Below, in pieces: positions 1 through 10,816 of a stretch of DNA of 64,000 nucleotides. The position numbers and the translations under genes are program-made. Below the pieces are notes generated by a model that was not told where the DNA came from, ran no database searches, and worked only from the letters and a program-made list of their open reading frames with translations. Position 1 is the first letter of the stretch; each line of letters starts with the position of its first letter. The DNA is from Thermodesulfovibrionales bacterium (GTDB lineage Bacteria; Nitrospirota; Thermodesulfovibrionia; Thermodesulfovibrionales; JdFR-86). Where the stretch lies: the NCBI GenBank assembly GCA_030682405.1, contig JAUXOF010000082.1:1211-65210 (forward strand). The letters are read 5' to 3'.

Positions 1-772
1 CCTTGCACAGGCCTCGGGGGCAAAGCTCTATACCGTATTTGCAGCCGAACCGGCCACTTCTCCTTCAGCCCTTAGGCGCGCGGAGGAGGCCATGTCCCGG
101 CTCTTTCAGGCTGCTGCTGAGGCCGGAATCGAGGCCGAGGCCATAACCGGCACCGGGGACCCGGTAAGGAAAATCTGCGGCATAGTAAGGCGCGAGGCCG
201 TAGACATAGTGTTTGCCGCAACCAGAAAGGCCGATGTGGAAAAGAGGTTCTACGCTGGGACCGTCTCAAGAAGGCTTTCGATGAGCCTGCCCTGCTCCTT
301 CGCCCTCGTGAGGGTCGTTCATATCGGAAGGGTCCGGCCTAAGGAAATACTCGTCCCCCTTAAGGCGCGGGTTGACCGCGCGGAGGAAAGGGCTTACTTT
401 GTCTCCAAGCTTGCACAGGCATTTGAAGGCACGGTCATAGTCTTTCATGTTAGGAGGCCGATTTCTAAATTCTTCCACGGAGAGGTCCACCTCACGCCGC
501 TTGAGTGGGAAAAAAGGCTCCCAAAGGACATATCCGGCTTCATGGGACACCTTGGAAGATACGGCATCCCGCACAGGGGAAGCTCTGCAGCCGGAAGCGC
601 GGGCAGGGCGATAACCATAGAGGCGTTCTCTAAAAGGCACGACCTTATCGTAATGGGCGCAAGCCAAAGAAGCCTCCTGAGCCGCATAATCAGGGGAAAC
701 CCTGTTGAGGAACTCTTGAGGGATACGCCGTGCGACCTCATAATCCTACGGCCGCGCCATGAAAATCCATAG
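1..772 (+). CDS. Universal stress protein family (tandem Usp), 5' end probably outside window
   Basis: Reading frame stays open from base 2 up to the ATG at 92. C-terminal Usp signature DLIVMGASQRSLLSRIIRGNPVEELLRDTPCDLIILRP. Confidence 0.7.
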   Translation, partial: LAQASGAKLYTVFAAEPATSPSALRRAEEAMSRLFQAAAEAGIEAEAITGTGDPVRKICGIVRREAVDIVFAATRKADVEKRFYAGTVSRRLSMSLPCSFALVRVVHIGRVRPKEILVPLKARVDRAEERAYFVSKLAQAFEGTVIVFHVRRPISKFFHGEVHLTPLEWEKRLPKDISGFMGHLGRYGIPHRGSSAAGSAGRAITIEAFSKRHDLIVMGASQRSLLSRIIRGNPVEELLRDTPCDLIILRPRHENP

Positions 773-3437
773 CCTTGAGCGCGAGGCCGCGCTTGGAAGC
801 CTCGTCACAAAAGAAACCGGCCTATCCGGAGACGAGGCCGGAAGGCGGCTTTCGGAGTTCGGCCCCAACGAGATAAAAGAGGCTAAGAAAAAAGCCACGG
901 CCTCAAGATTCCTTGCCCATACCACCCATTTCCTTGCGATACTCCTCTGGGTGGCCGCAGGGCTTTCTCTCCTTTCGGAGTACTTAAATCCCGGGGGGGG
1001 GATGTTCACCCTCGGCCTTGCAATAGCAGCGGTGATACTCATAAACGCCGTATTTACGTTCGTTCAGGAGTACAGGGCCGAAATGGCCGTAGAGGAGCTT
1101 AAAAAACTCCTCCCCTATAGCGCAAAGGCATTCAGGGACGGTGCGCTCAAAGAGCTGCCTGCGAGAGAAATCGTGCCCGGGGACGTGCTTCTGCTTTCTC
1201 CGGGGGATAAGATTCCAGCCGACGCCCGCATAATAGAGGCCGCAGGCCTTACGGTAAATAACGCCCCATTGACAGGGGAGTCTGAGCCTGCGCTAAGGGC
1301 ATCCGGGCCTTTTTCCGGAAACTATATAGAAAGCCCGAACATCGCTTTTGCGGGCACGACCGTGCTTTCAGGCAGCGGCAGGGCCGTGGTCTTTGCAACT
1401 GGCATGAGGACTGAGTTCGGAAGGATTGCCCACCTTACAAGCGCTGTGGAGCCGGGCTTAAGCCCGCTTCAGAAGGAGATAGTAAAGATAACGAGAATCG
1501 TTGCATTCATAGCAACGCTTATGGGGGTTGCCTTTTTTTTGATTGGTTATGCCGCAGGGAGGACCTTCTGGGAGAATTCCCTCTTTGCAATCGGCATCAT
1601 CGTGGCAAACGTCCCTGAAGGGCTTCTCCCCACAGTCACCCTTGCCCTTGCCATGGGAAGCCGCAGGATGGCAAAGAGAAACGCCCTGATAAAAACCCTC
1701 ACCGCGGTAGAGACGCTCGGCTCAGTCACCGTAATATGCACGGACAAAACCGGCACTCTAACGCAAAACACAATGAAGGCAAAAGAGGCGTGGCTTAACG
1801 GAGACATCCTGCCCCTGCCCATGAATGAGATAAAAAAACAAGACGCATCCCGGCTCATGGAAATAGCCCTTTTATGCAATAATGCGGTGTTTGCCGGAGG
1901 AAAGTATACCGGAGACCCGACCGAGGCGGCCCTCCTACAGACGGCAAGGGAAAGCATAGGGGAGCTGAAGGCAGAGAGGCTCTTTGAAATCCCATTCGAT
2001 TCCGAAAGAAAAAAAATGACTACTGTAAATTCAATAGCAGGGAAAAACCTCGCACTGACAAAAGGCTCTCCAGAAGGGCTCTTCCCCCTCTGCACGAGAA
2101 TCCTCATGAACGGAGAACCCGCGGCCTTTGACAGCCGCATAAGAAAGAATGCGGATGACGCGTGCCGGGTTTTAATGGACAGGGGACTGAGGGTGCTTGC
2201 CTTTGCCTATAAAGAGGCGGAAGGGGACATGACCGACCCCGCGGATATAGAAAAAAATATGGTGCTCGCAGGGCTTATAGGGCTTGAAGACCCGCCGAGG
2301 CCCGAGGTGCCGGACGCCATAAAAAAATGCGCCGAGGCAGGCATAAGGGTGATTATGATTACAGGGGATGCCACGCGCACCGCCATTGCCGTTGGAAAGG
2401 AGATAGGGCTGCTCGGCAACTCCCCCCTTGCTATAGAGGGAGGCGAGTTTAACGGGCTGAGCGACGGGGAACTCCGGCAGAAGCTCCTGAAGCCGGATGT
2501 GGTATTTACGCGCATGACCCCAAAGCATAAGATGAGGGTGGTAAGCGTCCTTCAGGAGGAGGGCGAAAGGGTTGCGGTCACAGGCGACGGGGTCAACGAC
2601 GCCCCTGCGCTTAAAAAGGCGGATATAGGCATAAGCATGGGCATAACGGGCACGGACGTGGCAAGGGAGGCATCGGACATGGTGCTCCTTGACGACAATT
2701 TCGCCTCTATCGTTAATGCCGTGGAAGAAGGCCGGGCCGTATACGAAAACATAAGAAAATTCATGAGCTATATTTTTTCTTCTAACATCCCGGAGATAGT
2801 CCCGTATCTTGCATTTGTGCTCTTTGAAATCCCGCTTCCCCTTACGATTATCCAGATACTTGCAGTGGACCTCGGCACAGACATGCTGCCCGCCCTTGCG
2901 CTCGGCGCTGAAAGGCCCACCTCTTTGCTTATGAAACAGCCCCCGCGGGGGCCGAAGGAGAGGCTTTTAAACCTCAGACTCCTCGGCAGGGCATATCTCT
3001 TTTTGGGGCCGGTGGAGGCTGCGGCAGGGCTGTTCGGGTTTTTCTACGTGCTGAAGGGAGGGGGCTGGGCCTTCGGAGATATGCCTCCGCCGGATAATCC
3101 CCTTTACATGCAGGCCACTACCGCATGCCTTACCGCGATAGTAATCACACAGATAGGGAACGTGTTTGCCAGCCGCACATGGAAAGAGTCGGTATTCAGC
3201 ATAGGGTTTTTCTCAAACAGGCTTATATTTTGGGGCATTGCCTCGGAGCTTGCGCTACAGTTCTTCATAGTCTATCACCCGTGGGGCAATAAGATATTTT
3301 CCACCTCCCCGATTTCCGCAGGCGTATGGCTTATGCTCATCCCGTTTGCCCTGTTTCTTTTTTCTATAGAAGAGGCAAGGAAATTTGCGGCAAGGAGGAT
3401 TTTTAAAGGCCCGCAGGCTCAAGCCCTATTGCCGTAA
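759..3437 (+). CDS. P-type cation-transporting ATPase (P2-like, E1-E2)
   Basis: 892 aa. Phosphorylation motif [10 protein letters not shown], hinge motif [21 protein letters not shown] loop (PLTGESEP), multiple TM segments. Confidence 0.9.
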   Translation: MKIHSLEREAALGSLVTKETGLSGDEAGRRLSEFGPNEIKEAKKKATASRFLAHTTHFLAILLWVAAGLSLLSEYLNPGGGMFTLGLAIAAVILINAVFTFVQEYRAEMAVEELKKLLPYSAKAFRDGALKELPAREIVPGDVLLLSPGDKIPADARIIEAAGLTVNNAPLTGESEPALRASGPFSGNYIESPNIAFAGTTVLSGSGRAVVFATGMRTEFGRIAHLTSAVEPGLSPLQKEIVKITRIVAFIATLMGVAFFLIGYAAGRTFWENSLFAIGIIVANVPEGLLPTVTLALAMGSRRMAKRNALIKTLTAVETLGSVTVICTDKTGTLTQNTMKAKEAWLNGDILPLPMNEIKKQDASRLMEIALLCNNAVFAGGKYTGDPTEAALLQTARESIGELKAERLFEIPFDSERKKMTTVNSIAGKNLALTKGSPEGLFPLCTRILMNGEPAAFDSRIRKNADDACRVLMDRGLRVLAFAYKEAEGDMTDPADIEKNMVLAGLIGLEDPPRPEVPDAIKKCAEAGIRVIMITGDATRTAIAVGKEIGLLGNSPLAIEGGEFNGLSDGELRQKLLKPDVVFTRMTPKHKMRVVSVLQEEGERVAVTGDGVNDAPALKKADIGISMGITGTDVAREASDMVLLDDNFASIVNAVEEGRAVYENIRKFMSYIFSSNIPEIVPYLAFVLFEIPLPLTIIQILAVDLGTDMLPALALGAERPTSLLMKQPPRGPKERLLNLRLLGRAYLFLGPVEAAAGLFGFFYVLKGGGWAFGDMPPPDNPLYMQATTACLTAIVITQIGNVFASRTWKESVFSIGFFSNRLIFWGIASELALQFFIVYHPWGNKIFSTSPISAGVWLMLIPFALFLFSIEEARKFAARRIFKGPQAQALLP

Positions 3438-4280
3438 TGCGGGATCCGGGGTCCTGAGGTGCTCGAGGATTTTAGAGAGGGTGTTTTTCATCTCCTTCCT
3501 TGAGACGACCATGTCTATCAGGCCGTGCTCCAACAGGAATTCCGCCCTCTGGAAGTTATCAGGGAGCTGCTGCTTTATCGTCTGCTCTATAACGCGCGGG
3601 CCGGCAAAGCCTATGAGGCTTCCGGGCTCCGCTATTATCACATCCCCCAGCGTTGCAAAGCTTGCAGTCACTCCCCCGAATGTGGGGTCTGAAAGAATCG
3701 AAATGTAGGGGACTGCGTTTTCCTTGAGCTTCCCGATGGCAGCCGCAACCTTTGCCATCTGCATGAGGGAGAAGATGCCCTCCTGCATCCGCGCCCCCCC
3801 TGAGGAGGAGGCGATGACGAGGGGGAGTTTTTCGTTCAATGCCGTCTCCGCGGCCCTCGTTATCTTCTCGCCCACGGCAGAGCCCATGCTGCCGCCCATG
3901 AAGGAAAAGTCCATTATGACCGCCACTGCCTCGTGGCCGTTTATCCTCGCCCTTCCGGTGATAACCGCCTCTTTAAGCCCGCTCTTTTTCCGGTTCTCTT
4001 TGAGCCTCTCCGCATAAGAAAGGGTGTCTTTGAACTTCAGGGGGTCGGCTGCGGTTATATCGGCGTCTGTCTCTACGAAGCTCCCCTCGTCAACGAGTAG
4101 CCGTATCCTCTCTGCCGCGTTTATCCTGAAATGGTAGTTGCACTTGGGACAGACCTTGAGGTTTCTGTCTATCTCCTTCTTATAGATAATCTCCTTGCAG
4201 CCGTTGCACTTAACCCACAGCCCTTCGGGTATCTTTACCGTCTTTAGGGTCTGGTCTTTTGTCCTTCTAAACCACGCCAT
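3426..4280 (-). CDS. accD: Acetyl-CoA carboxylase carboxyltransferase beta subunit
   Basis: N-terminal zinc ribbon CNGCKEIIY...[10 protein letters not shown] followed by the carboxyltransferase domain ([13 protein letters not shown]). Confidence 0.9.
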   Translation of the reverse strand: MAWFRRTKDQTLKTVKIPEGLWVKCNGCKEIIYKKEIDRNLKVCPKCNYHFRINAAERIRLLVDEGSFVETDADITAADPLKFKDTLSYAERLKENRKKSGLKEAVITGRARINGHEAVAVIMDFSFMGGSMGSAVGEKITRAAETALNEKLPLVIASSSGGARMQEGIFSLMQMAKVAAAIGKLKENAVPYISILSDPTFGGVTASFATLGDVIIAEPGSLIGFAGPRVIEQTIKQQLPDNFQRAEFLLEHGLIDMVVSRKEMKNTLSKILEHLRTPDPALRQ

Positions 4281-4334
4281 TTTTATTCCTCATAGAAAAT
4301 TATTTAATGCAATCGCTTCTCATTAAAAATCGTA

Positions 4335-5468
4335 TCATTCGCCACTCTCGGCAACTTGCCGTAACGCAAGAAATGCTTCCTTGAGAGTCTGGCTTACGGA
4401 TGAGTCAGGCTCGTTCAAGACAAGGGTTTGATAAGCATTAAGATAACTGTTACGAATACGGTGAAATAGATGCAAGAAATGCCTCAAAAAACCGATGCAA
4501 TCGAGAACGGCTATCTCAATACCGCCGGTCTCCTCATAAAACTTAGATGCATACGCTGTAACATCCGGGTCTATTTTATCAGTGGTCACAAAGATATAAT
4601 TGTGAATTTGCCCCTTCGTTTTACCTATCTTAGTAATGGCTACATCAATATCATTAACCGTTACTCGTTTCATTTTCATCTCATATACCGTAACTACAGA
4701 ATCGTCACCAATAAGGCATATTTCCACGTCGCCAATTGAGCCTGTTTGCAGGTCTGCCGCGTTGTGAGACTGGAGATATATAAGCCGCTCGCCCAGCCGT
4801 TCCCCCGCGGCTTGATAGGCCGCGGCCACAATCAACACTGGTAAGCGACTTGCATTTTTACAAGCAAGATGTTGGGCGACAAGCGAAACAATAGCCTCAG
4901 ACGAAAGAGGCAATGCTCCTTCTGTGCGTTTTAATGCTTCCAATAGGGACGTCATGCGTGCAAGCTTTTCATCACGCAGTTTCAATAAAACACGCACTGT
5001 TTCTACCAAAAGAGTATCGGCAGAAACTTTATTTTCAGCTACGTCAGTCAAAAGCTGTAATGTTTTTTTGTAGAGTTCACGTGGTCTGCCAACGAGTTCT
5101 CGGTCGGTTGTTAGTGCATGGTCGATATTGCGGAGCGTCGGGGTTAAAAATGCCGTAGTGGGATTACAAGGCAAACGATGTTTATTGATGAAGCCTGTGA
5201 GGTATTGCTCGTCATAGGTTCGTCCGGAAAAACTGTCTTCCGAACCGATTTCCGTATAAGGCTTGCGTGGGTCAACTTTAGGATTATCCAATTTACCGAG
5301 AAGACATGACATGAGTAGACGCACGCCAGCACGATTGCTCATGCACCGACAAACAAAATCGACACGCTCACGGATTGCAACATCACTGATTACCGACTTT
5401 TTAGGATTCGCTAATGCTTGTTTATAAACCTTTTGTAAAATTTGTTCCGGTGCGCTGGGGGTTTTCAT
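4335..5468 (-). CDS. Putative type II restriction endonuclease (PD-(D/E)XK-like), cognate to the adjacent methyltransferase
   Basis: 377 aa. Its start overlaps the stop of the upstream Dam-like MTase. Candidate catalytic motif SIGDVEI ... VYEMKMK (D-Xn-E-X-K). AT-rich relative to flanks. Confidence 0.5.
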   Translation of the reverse strand: MKTPSAPEQILQKVYKQALANPKKSVISDVAIRERVDFVCRCMSNRAGVRLLMSCLLGKLDNPKVDPRKPYTEIGSEDSFSGRTYDEQYLTGFINKHRLPCNPTTAFLTPTLRNIDHALTTDRELVGRPRELYKKTLQLLTDVAENKVSADTLLVETVRVLLKLRDEKLARMTSLLEALKRTEGALPLSSEAIVSLVAQHLACKNASRLPVLIVAAAYQAAGERLGERLIYLQSHNAADLQTGSIGDVEICLIGDDSVVTVYEMKMKRVTVNDIDVAITKIGKTKGQIHNYIFVTTDKIDPDVTAYASKFYEETGGIEIAVLDCIGFLRHFLHLFHRIRNSYLNAYQTLVLNEPDSSVSQTLKEAFLALRQVAESGE

Positions 5469-6406
5469 TCGAATAAACTCTTCTGTTTTTTAGGGTTATA
5501 GTTTGTCCAAAGCACCTCTCTCCGGATGCCTTTGGTAGAATGAATCGTTCTGTCTGCTCCTGAAGTTTTAAACCAGCGCGGAGACGGAAAAAACTTATCC
5601 ATTAGAGGATGAGCGTATCCTGAGACGGCGACCTTACCGCGGCATTCATTAAGCACTTTTGCGAACTCGTAGTACTGTCCTTCATCCATCTCGAAGCTGT
5701 ATGCGTTGGAGTCACCACGTGTAGCGTGGAGATAGGGCGGGTCGCAGTAAAATAACGTTCCGAGGTTGTCATAAAGCCGTATGACGTCTACCGCAGGCCG
5801 ATTCTCTATCTGCACTCGAATAAGACGCTGTGCTATATCGTCAAGCACGCTAACCCCGCCAAGCCAACGCGATACGACGCCAGACATTCCAGATCGACTA
5901 GTGTCTTTACAATTAGCCCAACGTCCGAGTGAAGCAGTTTGGGCAAGTCCAGTGCGCGTTTGGCGGGCGCGTATGTAAAAACGCCTTGCTCGTTCAACGT
6001 CACTGATTCCCTGCATATTGCCATAAATGGCAATGTAATATTCCTCGCGTGAAAAAGGCGTCAAAGCAATAGAACGGATAAGCTCTTCATGTCGGGCACG
6101 TAATACTTTAAAGAAGTTCACCGCATCACCGTCTATATCGTTATATGTTTCTACCGGAGATGGGTCACGATTAAGCAATACAGCCCCCGAGCCAGCAAAA
6201 GGTTCGCAATAGTGGTGGCACTTTGGTAATAATGGAAGCAACCAGGCAAGGTGTGAAAATTTACCACCATACCAACCGAATACAATCCGACGACGACGAT
6301 GTCGGAGATAGATTAAATTTGATTGTTTTGGTGCAAATTCTTCATCCAAATAAATAGGGGAACCGCCCCGCTTATTTTGACTTTCTTTTTGTACCTTGTT
6401 CATCAT
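5465..6406 (-). CDS. D12-class (Dam-like) N6-adenine DNA methyltransferase
   Basis: WYGGK motif near the N-terminus, SAM-binding EPFAGSGAV, catalytic DPPY (FYCDPPYLHATRG). Confidence 0.85.
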   Translation of the reverse strand: MMNKVQKESQNKRGGSPIYLDEEFAPKQSNLIYLRHRRRRIVFGWYGGKFSHLAWLLPLLPKCHHYCEPFAGSGAVLLNRDPSPVETYNDIDGDAVNFFKVLRARHEELIRSIALTPFSREEYYIAIYGNMQGISDVERARRFYIRARQTRTGLAQTASLGRWANCKDTSRSGMSGVVSRWLGGVSVLDDIAQRLIRVQIENRPAVDVIRLYDNLGTLFYCDPPYLHATRGDSNAYSFEMDEGQYYEFAKVLNECRGKVAVSGYAHPLMDKFFPSPRWFKTSGADRTIHSTKGIRREVLWTNYNPKKQKSLFE

Positions 6407-6512
6407 TAAATATCGCCTCTGTCTTCGTCCATTATCTCCGGCCGCCTGGATTACCCGTCACACGAGTTTGCGGCCCGTCACGCTGGCTTTGGTCGCAGCC
6501 CACCGTAACGGG

Positions 6513-7301
6513 CTATATCCTGTGGACTTCGCCGTCGCGAAGTATTGCTATGTTTTTCATACGGAGGCCCGCCACTTCCTTTTTAATCTGCTTAAGATAC
6601 TGGGGCTTGGGGTGTGTAATGAGTATCCTTTCGGGTATGTTCTTCATCTTTTTTATCTCTTCTTTAAGAAGCCCTGCTGTCAGGTGCCCGGTCAAGATGG
6701 CCATCTCCTTCATGCTGTTGGGCATGGAGACCTCGATAATGGCGCAGTGAACCGGGGTTTCGGTCGCATGCCATATCCTCTCCGTAGGCCCGGTGTCCCC
6801 GGTGTAAAGCAGCCTCCTGCCCCCGGCGCTCTCCACAATATAGCCTGCGGCAGGCACGGCATGGTTGACCCTGTATGCTGTGATTTTATAACTGTTGATT
6901 GCGAATGTCTTTTCCGGCCTGATGCTCTTTAGCTTGAGAACCGCACTGTCAATATCGGGTATCACGGTAAAATCCGGCCAGACCTTATCGTTTAAGAGGT
7001 TCCTCTTTATTGTATTCAGCACTGCCGGGATGCCCATGACGGTGACGCTGTGTTTTTTGTTTTTAAGAATTATATTGTCGGCAAGAAACGGTATCCCCTT
7101 TATGTGGTCAAGATGGGCGTGGGTGACGAGCACATGCCGTATCTTCCACTGGGCAGCCTCGCCGAGGACAGCGCCGATTGTGCCGGCATCCAGAAGCAGG
7201 GAGTCGTCTATGAGAAACGCCGGGGAATTAAACCCCGGAAACTCGGCGCCGGATGAACCCAAAACCCTTACCTTCATAGGACTATCTCCCCCTCCTTCCA
7301 T
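6513..7301 (-). CDS. MBL-fold metallo-hydrolase (class II cyclic-nucleotide phosphodiesterase-like)
   Basis: HxHxDH motif (VTHAHLDHIKG). 262 aa. Overlaps the 3' end of the upstream HD-GYP gene by 28 nt. Confidence 0.7.
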   Translation of the reverse strand: MEGGGDSPMKVRVLGSSGAEFPGFNSPAFLIDDSLLLDAGTIGAVLGEAAQWKIRHVLVTHAHLDHIKGIPFLADNIILKNKKHSVTVMGIPAVLNTIKRNLLNDKVWPDFTVIPDIDSAVLKLKSIRPEKTFAINSYKITAYRVNHAVPAAGYIVESAGGRRLLYTGDTGPTERIWHATETPVHCAIIEVSMPNSMKEMAILTGHLTAGLLKEEIKKMKNIPERILITHPKPQYLKQIKKEVAGLRMKNIAILRDGEVHRI

Positions 7302-8395
7302 GCCGTAAAGAACGCCTCTACAATCCCGGGGTCAAACTGCCTTCCTGCATACTTCCTGAGCTCACTAAAAGCGGTCTCCGCACTGAGGGCCTTTCTGTAC
7401 GGCCTGTCCGTTGTCATGGCATCGTATGTGTCGGCCACGGCGATTATCCTTGCAGAAAGATGTATATCCCCGTCCTTGAGCCCGTCGGGATAGCCTGTGC
7501 CGTCATGTTTTTCATGGTGTCCCCTGACCCCGGGGACGATGTCCCTCAGTTGCCTGATGTGCCCGAGTATTTCGGAGCCGTATCCTGGGTGCATTTGCAT
7601 CGCCTTCAGTTCCTCAGGCTCAAGCCTGCCCTCTTTCAGAAGGACGCAGTCTCGGATGCCGATTTTTCCGATGTCATGGAGTATGGCGGAAAGCTTCAGG
7701 TTCTCAAGCTCCGCCCTGCCAAGCCCCATCGAGCGTCCGATTGCAAGGCTGTAGTTCATCACCCTTCTTGTATGGCCTCCTGTATAGGGATCCCTTTTCT
7801 CTATTGTCTCGGCAAGGGCCTGCGCCGTGCCGTAGAATGTCTCTTTAAGCTCCTGATAGAGGTTTGCGTTTTCCACTGCAACAGCCACCTGATTGGAAAG
7901 GGCCTCAAGTATGTCGGCATCCTCGCGGTCGAACTTGCCGCTGCGCTTGTTTATCACCTGAAGGACTCCCAAAATCTTCTCCTTTGTCCTGACCGGCGCG
8001 CATACGAGGTCATGAGTGACGAATTCGCTTTTTTTGTCCGCCCCCTTAAAGAACCTGGGGTCTGACTGCACATCAAGCACGACAACCGTCTCGCCGTGCT
8101 CGGCAACCCAGCCTGCGATGCCCTGCCCCTTCTTGAGCCTTACCTCCTTGAGCTTGTCCCCCTTTTCGCCGAGGGCAACCTCAAAAAAAAGCTCTCCGGT
8201 CTCCTTGTCTATAAGAATAATGCTTCCGGTCTCGGCGCCTGTAAGCCTTGTGGCCGCCTCTATCGCCCGCCTTCTTACCTCGCGCGTCTCAAGCGTGGAG
8301 TTGATAAGTGCGGTCAGCTCTATCAGAGTACTGAGCTGCTCGAGCTTTTTCAGAGACTTATCGTCCATTACTCCCGGCATCTCTAAACCTGTCAC
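7274..8395 (-). CDS. GAF domain / HD-GYP domain protein (putative c-di-GMP phosphodiesterase)
   Basis: GAF-like N-terminal half. HD (ILHDIGK) and HHEKHDGTGYPDGL signature in the C-terminal half. Confidence 0.85.
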   Translation of the reverse strand: MTGLEMPGVMDDKSLKKLEQLSTLIELTALINSTLETREVRRRAIEAATRLTGAETGSIILIDKETGELFFEVALGEKGDKLKEVRLKKGQGIAGWVAEHGETVVVLDVQSDPRFFKGADKKSEFVTHDLVCAPVRTKEKILGVLQVINKRSGKFDREDADILEALSNQVAVAVENANLYQELKETFYGTAQALAETIEKRDPYTGGHTRRVMNYSLAIGRSMGLGRAELENLKLSAILHDIGKIGIRDCVLLKEGRLEPEELKAMQMHPGYGSEILGHIRQLRDIVPGVRGHHEKHDGTGYPDGLKDGDIHLSARIIAVADTYDAMTTDRPYRKALSAETAFSELRKYAGRQFDPGIVEAFFTAWKEGEIVL

Positions 8396-8400
8396 AGCGT

Positions 8401-9183
8401 TCAGACTATTTTATCCCTGAGGCCACTGAGGAATCTCCTCAGCTCCTCCTCAGGCTCGCTAAGCCTCTTTACTATTGCGCTCCCTACGATGACGCCGTCT
8501 GCAAGCGCAGCCACTGCCTTTGCCTCCTCAGGGCTTCCCACCCCGAACCCGACGGCTACGTGCGTCTTGGTAAGGCCGCGCACGCGGGATATGGATTCAG
8601 CCACAGACTCCTCAAGAAGAAGCCTTGCCCCTGTAATCCCGGTTATTGAAACATAGTATATAAAACCCCTCGATGATTTTGCCACTTTTTTTATCCTCTC
8701 AGGCGTGGAGGTGGGGGCAAGCATGAATATCGTGTCCACCCTGTGCTTCCTCGCAACCGGGATGAGGCTTCCGGCCTCGTCAGGCGGAAGGTCGGGTATT
8801 ATCAGGCCGTCCACCCCTGCCTCTGATGCGTCCCTTATAAACGCCTCCTCGCCGTACTTAAAGACCGGATTATAGTAAGTCATTAAGACTATGGGGATTT
8901 TTGAGAAAAGCCGTATCTCCCTTACGAGGGACACTACCTTGCGGAGCGTGACCCCGTTAGCAAGCGCCCTTTCTGCGGCCCTCTGTATGACAGGGCCGTC
9001 GGCAACCGGGTCTGTGAACGGGACCCCAAGCTCGATAATGTCCGCGCCGCACTCCTCAAGAACTTTAATAAGCCCCTTAGTCCTTTCTACGGACGGATCC
9101 CCGGCCATTATGTAAGGTATGAATGCCTTCCGGCCCTGCTTTTTAAGGTTGTTAAATGTTTTTGAGATGTTTGACATCGGCAT
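8401..9183 (-). CDS. trpA: Tryptophan synthase alpha chain
   Basis: 260 aa. Typical TrpA motifs (ELGVPFTDPVADGPVIQ, GFIYYVSITGITG). Confidence 0.9.
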   Translation of the reverse strand: MPMSNISKTFNNLKKQGRKAFIPYIMAGDPSVERTKGLIKVLEECGADIIELGVPFTDPVADGPVIQRAAERALANGVTLRKVVSLVREIRLFSKIPIVLMTYYNPVFKYGEEAFIRDASEAGVDGLIIPDLPPDEAGSLIPVARKHRVDTIFMLAPTSTPERIKKVAKSSRGFIYYVSITGITGARLLLEESVAESISRVRGLTKTHVAVGFGVGSPEEAKAVAALADGVIVGSAIVKRLSEPEEELRRFLSGLRDKIV

Positions 9184-9186
9184 CCA

Positions 9187-10035
9187 TTAAATATGCAACC
9201 GTTTAATAAATTCCTCATGCTTTGTTGTTAAAATAATTTGATTAACTGGATATATCCTATCATTGAATTTGACCTTTACAAGCCAATTGTCCTGATCAAA
9301 TTCGTTTTTAACCTCTGCATATTCAAATTGTCTATGACAATTAGGACACACAACTAAAAGATTTTTCGGATTGTTAGAAAGAAGAGGGTTAATATGATGA
9401 ACTTCAAAATATGGCTCGTTATCTTTTTTAAGAAACCAGAATTCACAAACTTGGCAATGACCTTGATAAATATCACCTAACAAAACCCTTAAATTGTTAG
9501 GCACGCTCTCCTTTGCTTGATTTGAGCGTCTATTTACATAGCGTCTTACCTCTGTTGGTAAGGTATCAACCAGACGAACATATTCGTTGAGAACAACTTG
9601 GCTTCTGTCAATACTTGCCCATTTTGAAAGCTTTAAAATTTCTTCCTTTGCTGAAACGTCATTTTCTGAACTATCAAGACTCTCTTGGAGTTCATGGGTT
9701 TTCAATATGTATTTACTCTCAGGTATTAATCTATAAATAAAATGTTTTTTATCCACCAATTGAACAACAATTTCATCGCCATCTTTAATCTTATTGCGTC
9801 TAAACCATTCCGCCATACCGCCAATTCTGCATTCTCTGGTTTTACTCTCATAAGAAGAATACTTCTTACTTTCAGGGGTGATAGAGTCATCCAAATAAAT
9901 TTGAATTCGAGCATTATGCTCAGGAAACCATTTTATCAAAGATATGGGTATCGCTATTAAGCCCTTATTGATACGGCTTTGCGTTATTTTGATTGTTGCA
10001 TAATTATAGTTAATTGGACTTTTGACTTTAATCAT
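9187..10035 (-). CDS. HNH endonuclease domain protein with N-terminal beta-rich putative DNA-binding domain
   Basis: C-terminal HNH/zinc motif CQVCEFWF...FEVHHINPLLSNNPKNLLVVCPNCHRQFE. AT-rich. Start overlaps the stop of the upstream 55-aa ORF (TAATG). Confidence 0.75.
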   Translation of the reverse strand: MIKVKSPINYNYATIKITQSRINKGLIAIPISLIKWFPEHNARIQIYLDDSITPESKKYSSYESKTRECRIGGMAEWFRRNKIKDGDEIVVQLVDKKHFIYRLIPESKYILKTHELQESLDSSENDVSAKEEILKLSKWASIDRSQVVLNEYVRLVDTLPTEVRRYVNRRSNQAKESVPNNLRVLLGDIYQGHCQVCEFWFLKKDNEPYFEVHHINPLLSNNPKNLLVVCPNCHRQFEYAEVKNEFDQDNWLVKVKFNDRIYPVNQIILTTKHEEFIKRLHI

Positions 10036-10202
10036 TAATCAGGCATTACCTCGTCGCAATCTTTCCATTCTTCTAAAGAGTTTAATATTTGATTATCATC
10101 TATTGGCAAGCTTTTCGCTTTTTCGTATGCAGATTCTTCATCTGCCGCATCTACTTCATAAGAACAAAAACCGGAAAAATATTTCCTCACAATGTATTTC
10201 AT
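10035..10202 (-). CDS. Small acidic protein (55 aa), below the ORF-track cutoff
   Basis: Hand translation: MKYIVRKYFSGFCSYEVDAADEESAYEKAKSLPIDDNQILNSLEEWKDCDEVMPD. ATGA overlap with the upstream gene and TAATG overlap with the downstream HNH gene. Confidence 0.4.
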   Translation of the reverse strand: MKYIVRKYFSGFCSYEVDAADEESAYEKAKSLPIDDNQILNSLEEWKDCDEVMPD

Positions 10203-10816
10203 ATTTCACCTTTGAGGTGGTCAACTTTTGAGTAATAGCTATTTGTGATAGGCGTATTCCCCATGATGATAATCGGTAGTTTTGACGCTTTAGAGCTTGA
10301 GACTCTTATATTTATGCTTTTGCCGATTGCCTTGAGCATTGAATCAGAACGTAAAAGGCCGGGATTCCCTTGATGAGTTCTATAGTCACCAATACAGACT
10401 AATGACTTACTCTTTTGCCGTTCCCAATTCCAGACGATAGACATTTTGACTTCAATTATCGCTGATATGTCTTCTGGATTTTGATTGATATTATTTTGTT
10501 TAGATATAACTACATCGGCAGGAGACATATTAGACAGAGCAATCTCATTACAAATAGCGCCCTTAACTGCGAATAACCCCATATCTTTTACAATCGCCTG
10601 AATTAAGTCAGTAGTCCATTTTTCTGTGAAACTTCCAATTAAAGCATTTCTGCTTTGCAGAGTGCTTTTTTTACCATCATAACCTTTGGGCCAGTAAGCC
10701 AGATACTTGCCAGAGTCAGTGACATAAAATAACTGTTCCGGCGTTGCAAACCGAGTTGACTCTTCAAGGAACTTTTGCTCAACTTGTTTGTTCCACAGTT
10801 TTTCCATTTGAGCCAT
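10199..10816 (-). CDS. Hypothetical protein, candidate PD-(D/E)XK nuclease
   Basis: 205 aa, AT-rich. Candidate motif SPADVVIS ... AIIEVKMS (D-Xn-E-X-K). First gene of a 3-gene coupled cassette between trpB and trpA. Confidence 0.4.
   Translation of the reverse strand: MAQMEKLWNKQVEQKFLEESTRFATPEQLFYVTDSGKYLAYWPKGYDGKKSTLQSRNALIGSFTEKWTTDLIQAIVKDMGLFAVKGAICNEIALSNMSPADVVISKQNNINQNPEDISAIIEVKMSIVWNWERQKSKSLVCIGDYRTHQGNPGLLRSDSMLKAIGKSINIRVSSSKASKLPIIIMGNTPITNSYYSKVDHLKGEI

Noticed and set aside
6396-6932. 178-aa plus-strand ORF spanning the MTase-MBL intergenic region.
   Set aside because: It mostly overlaps the well-supported MBL-fold gene on the other strand and has no motif or RBS.
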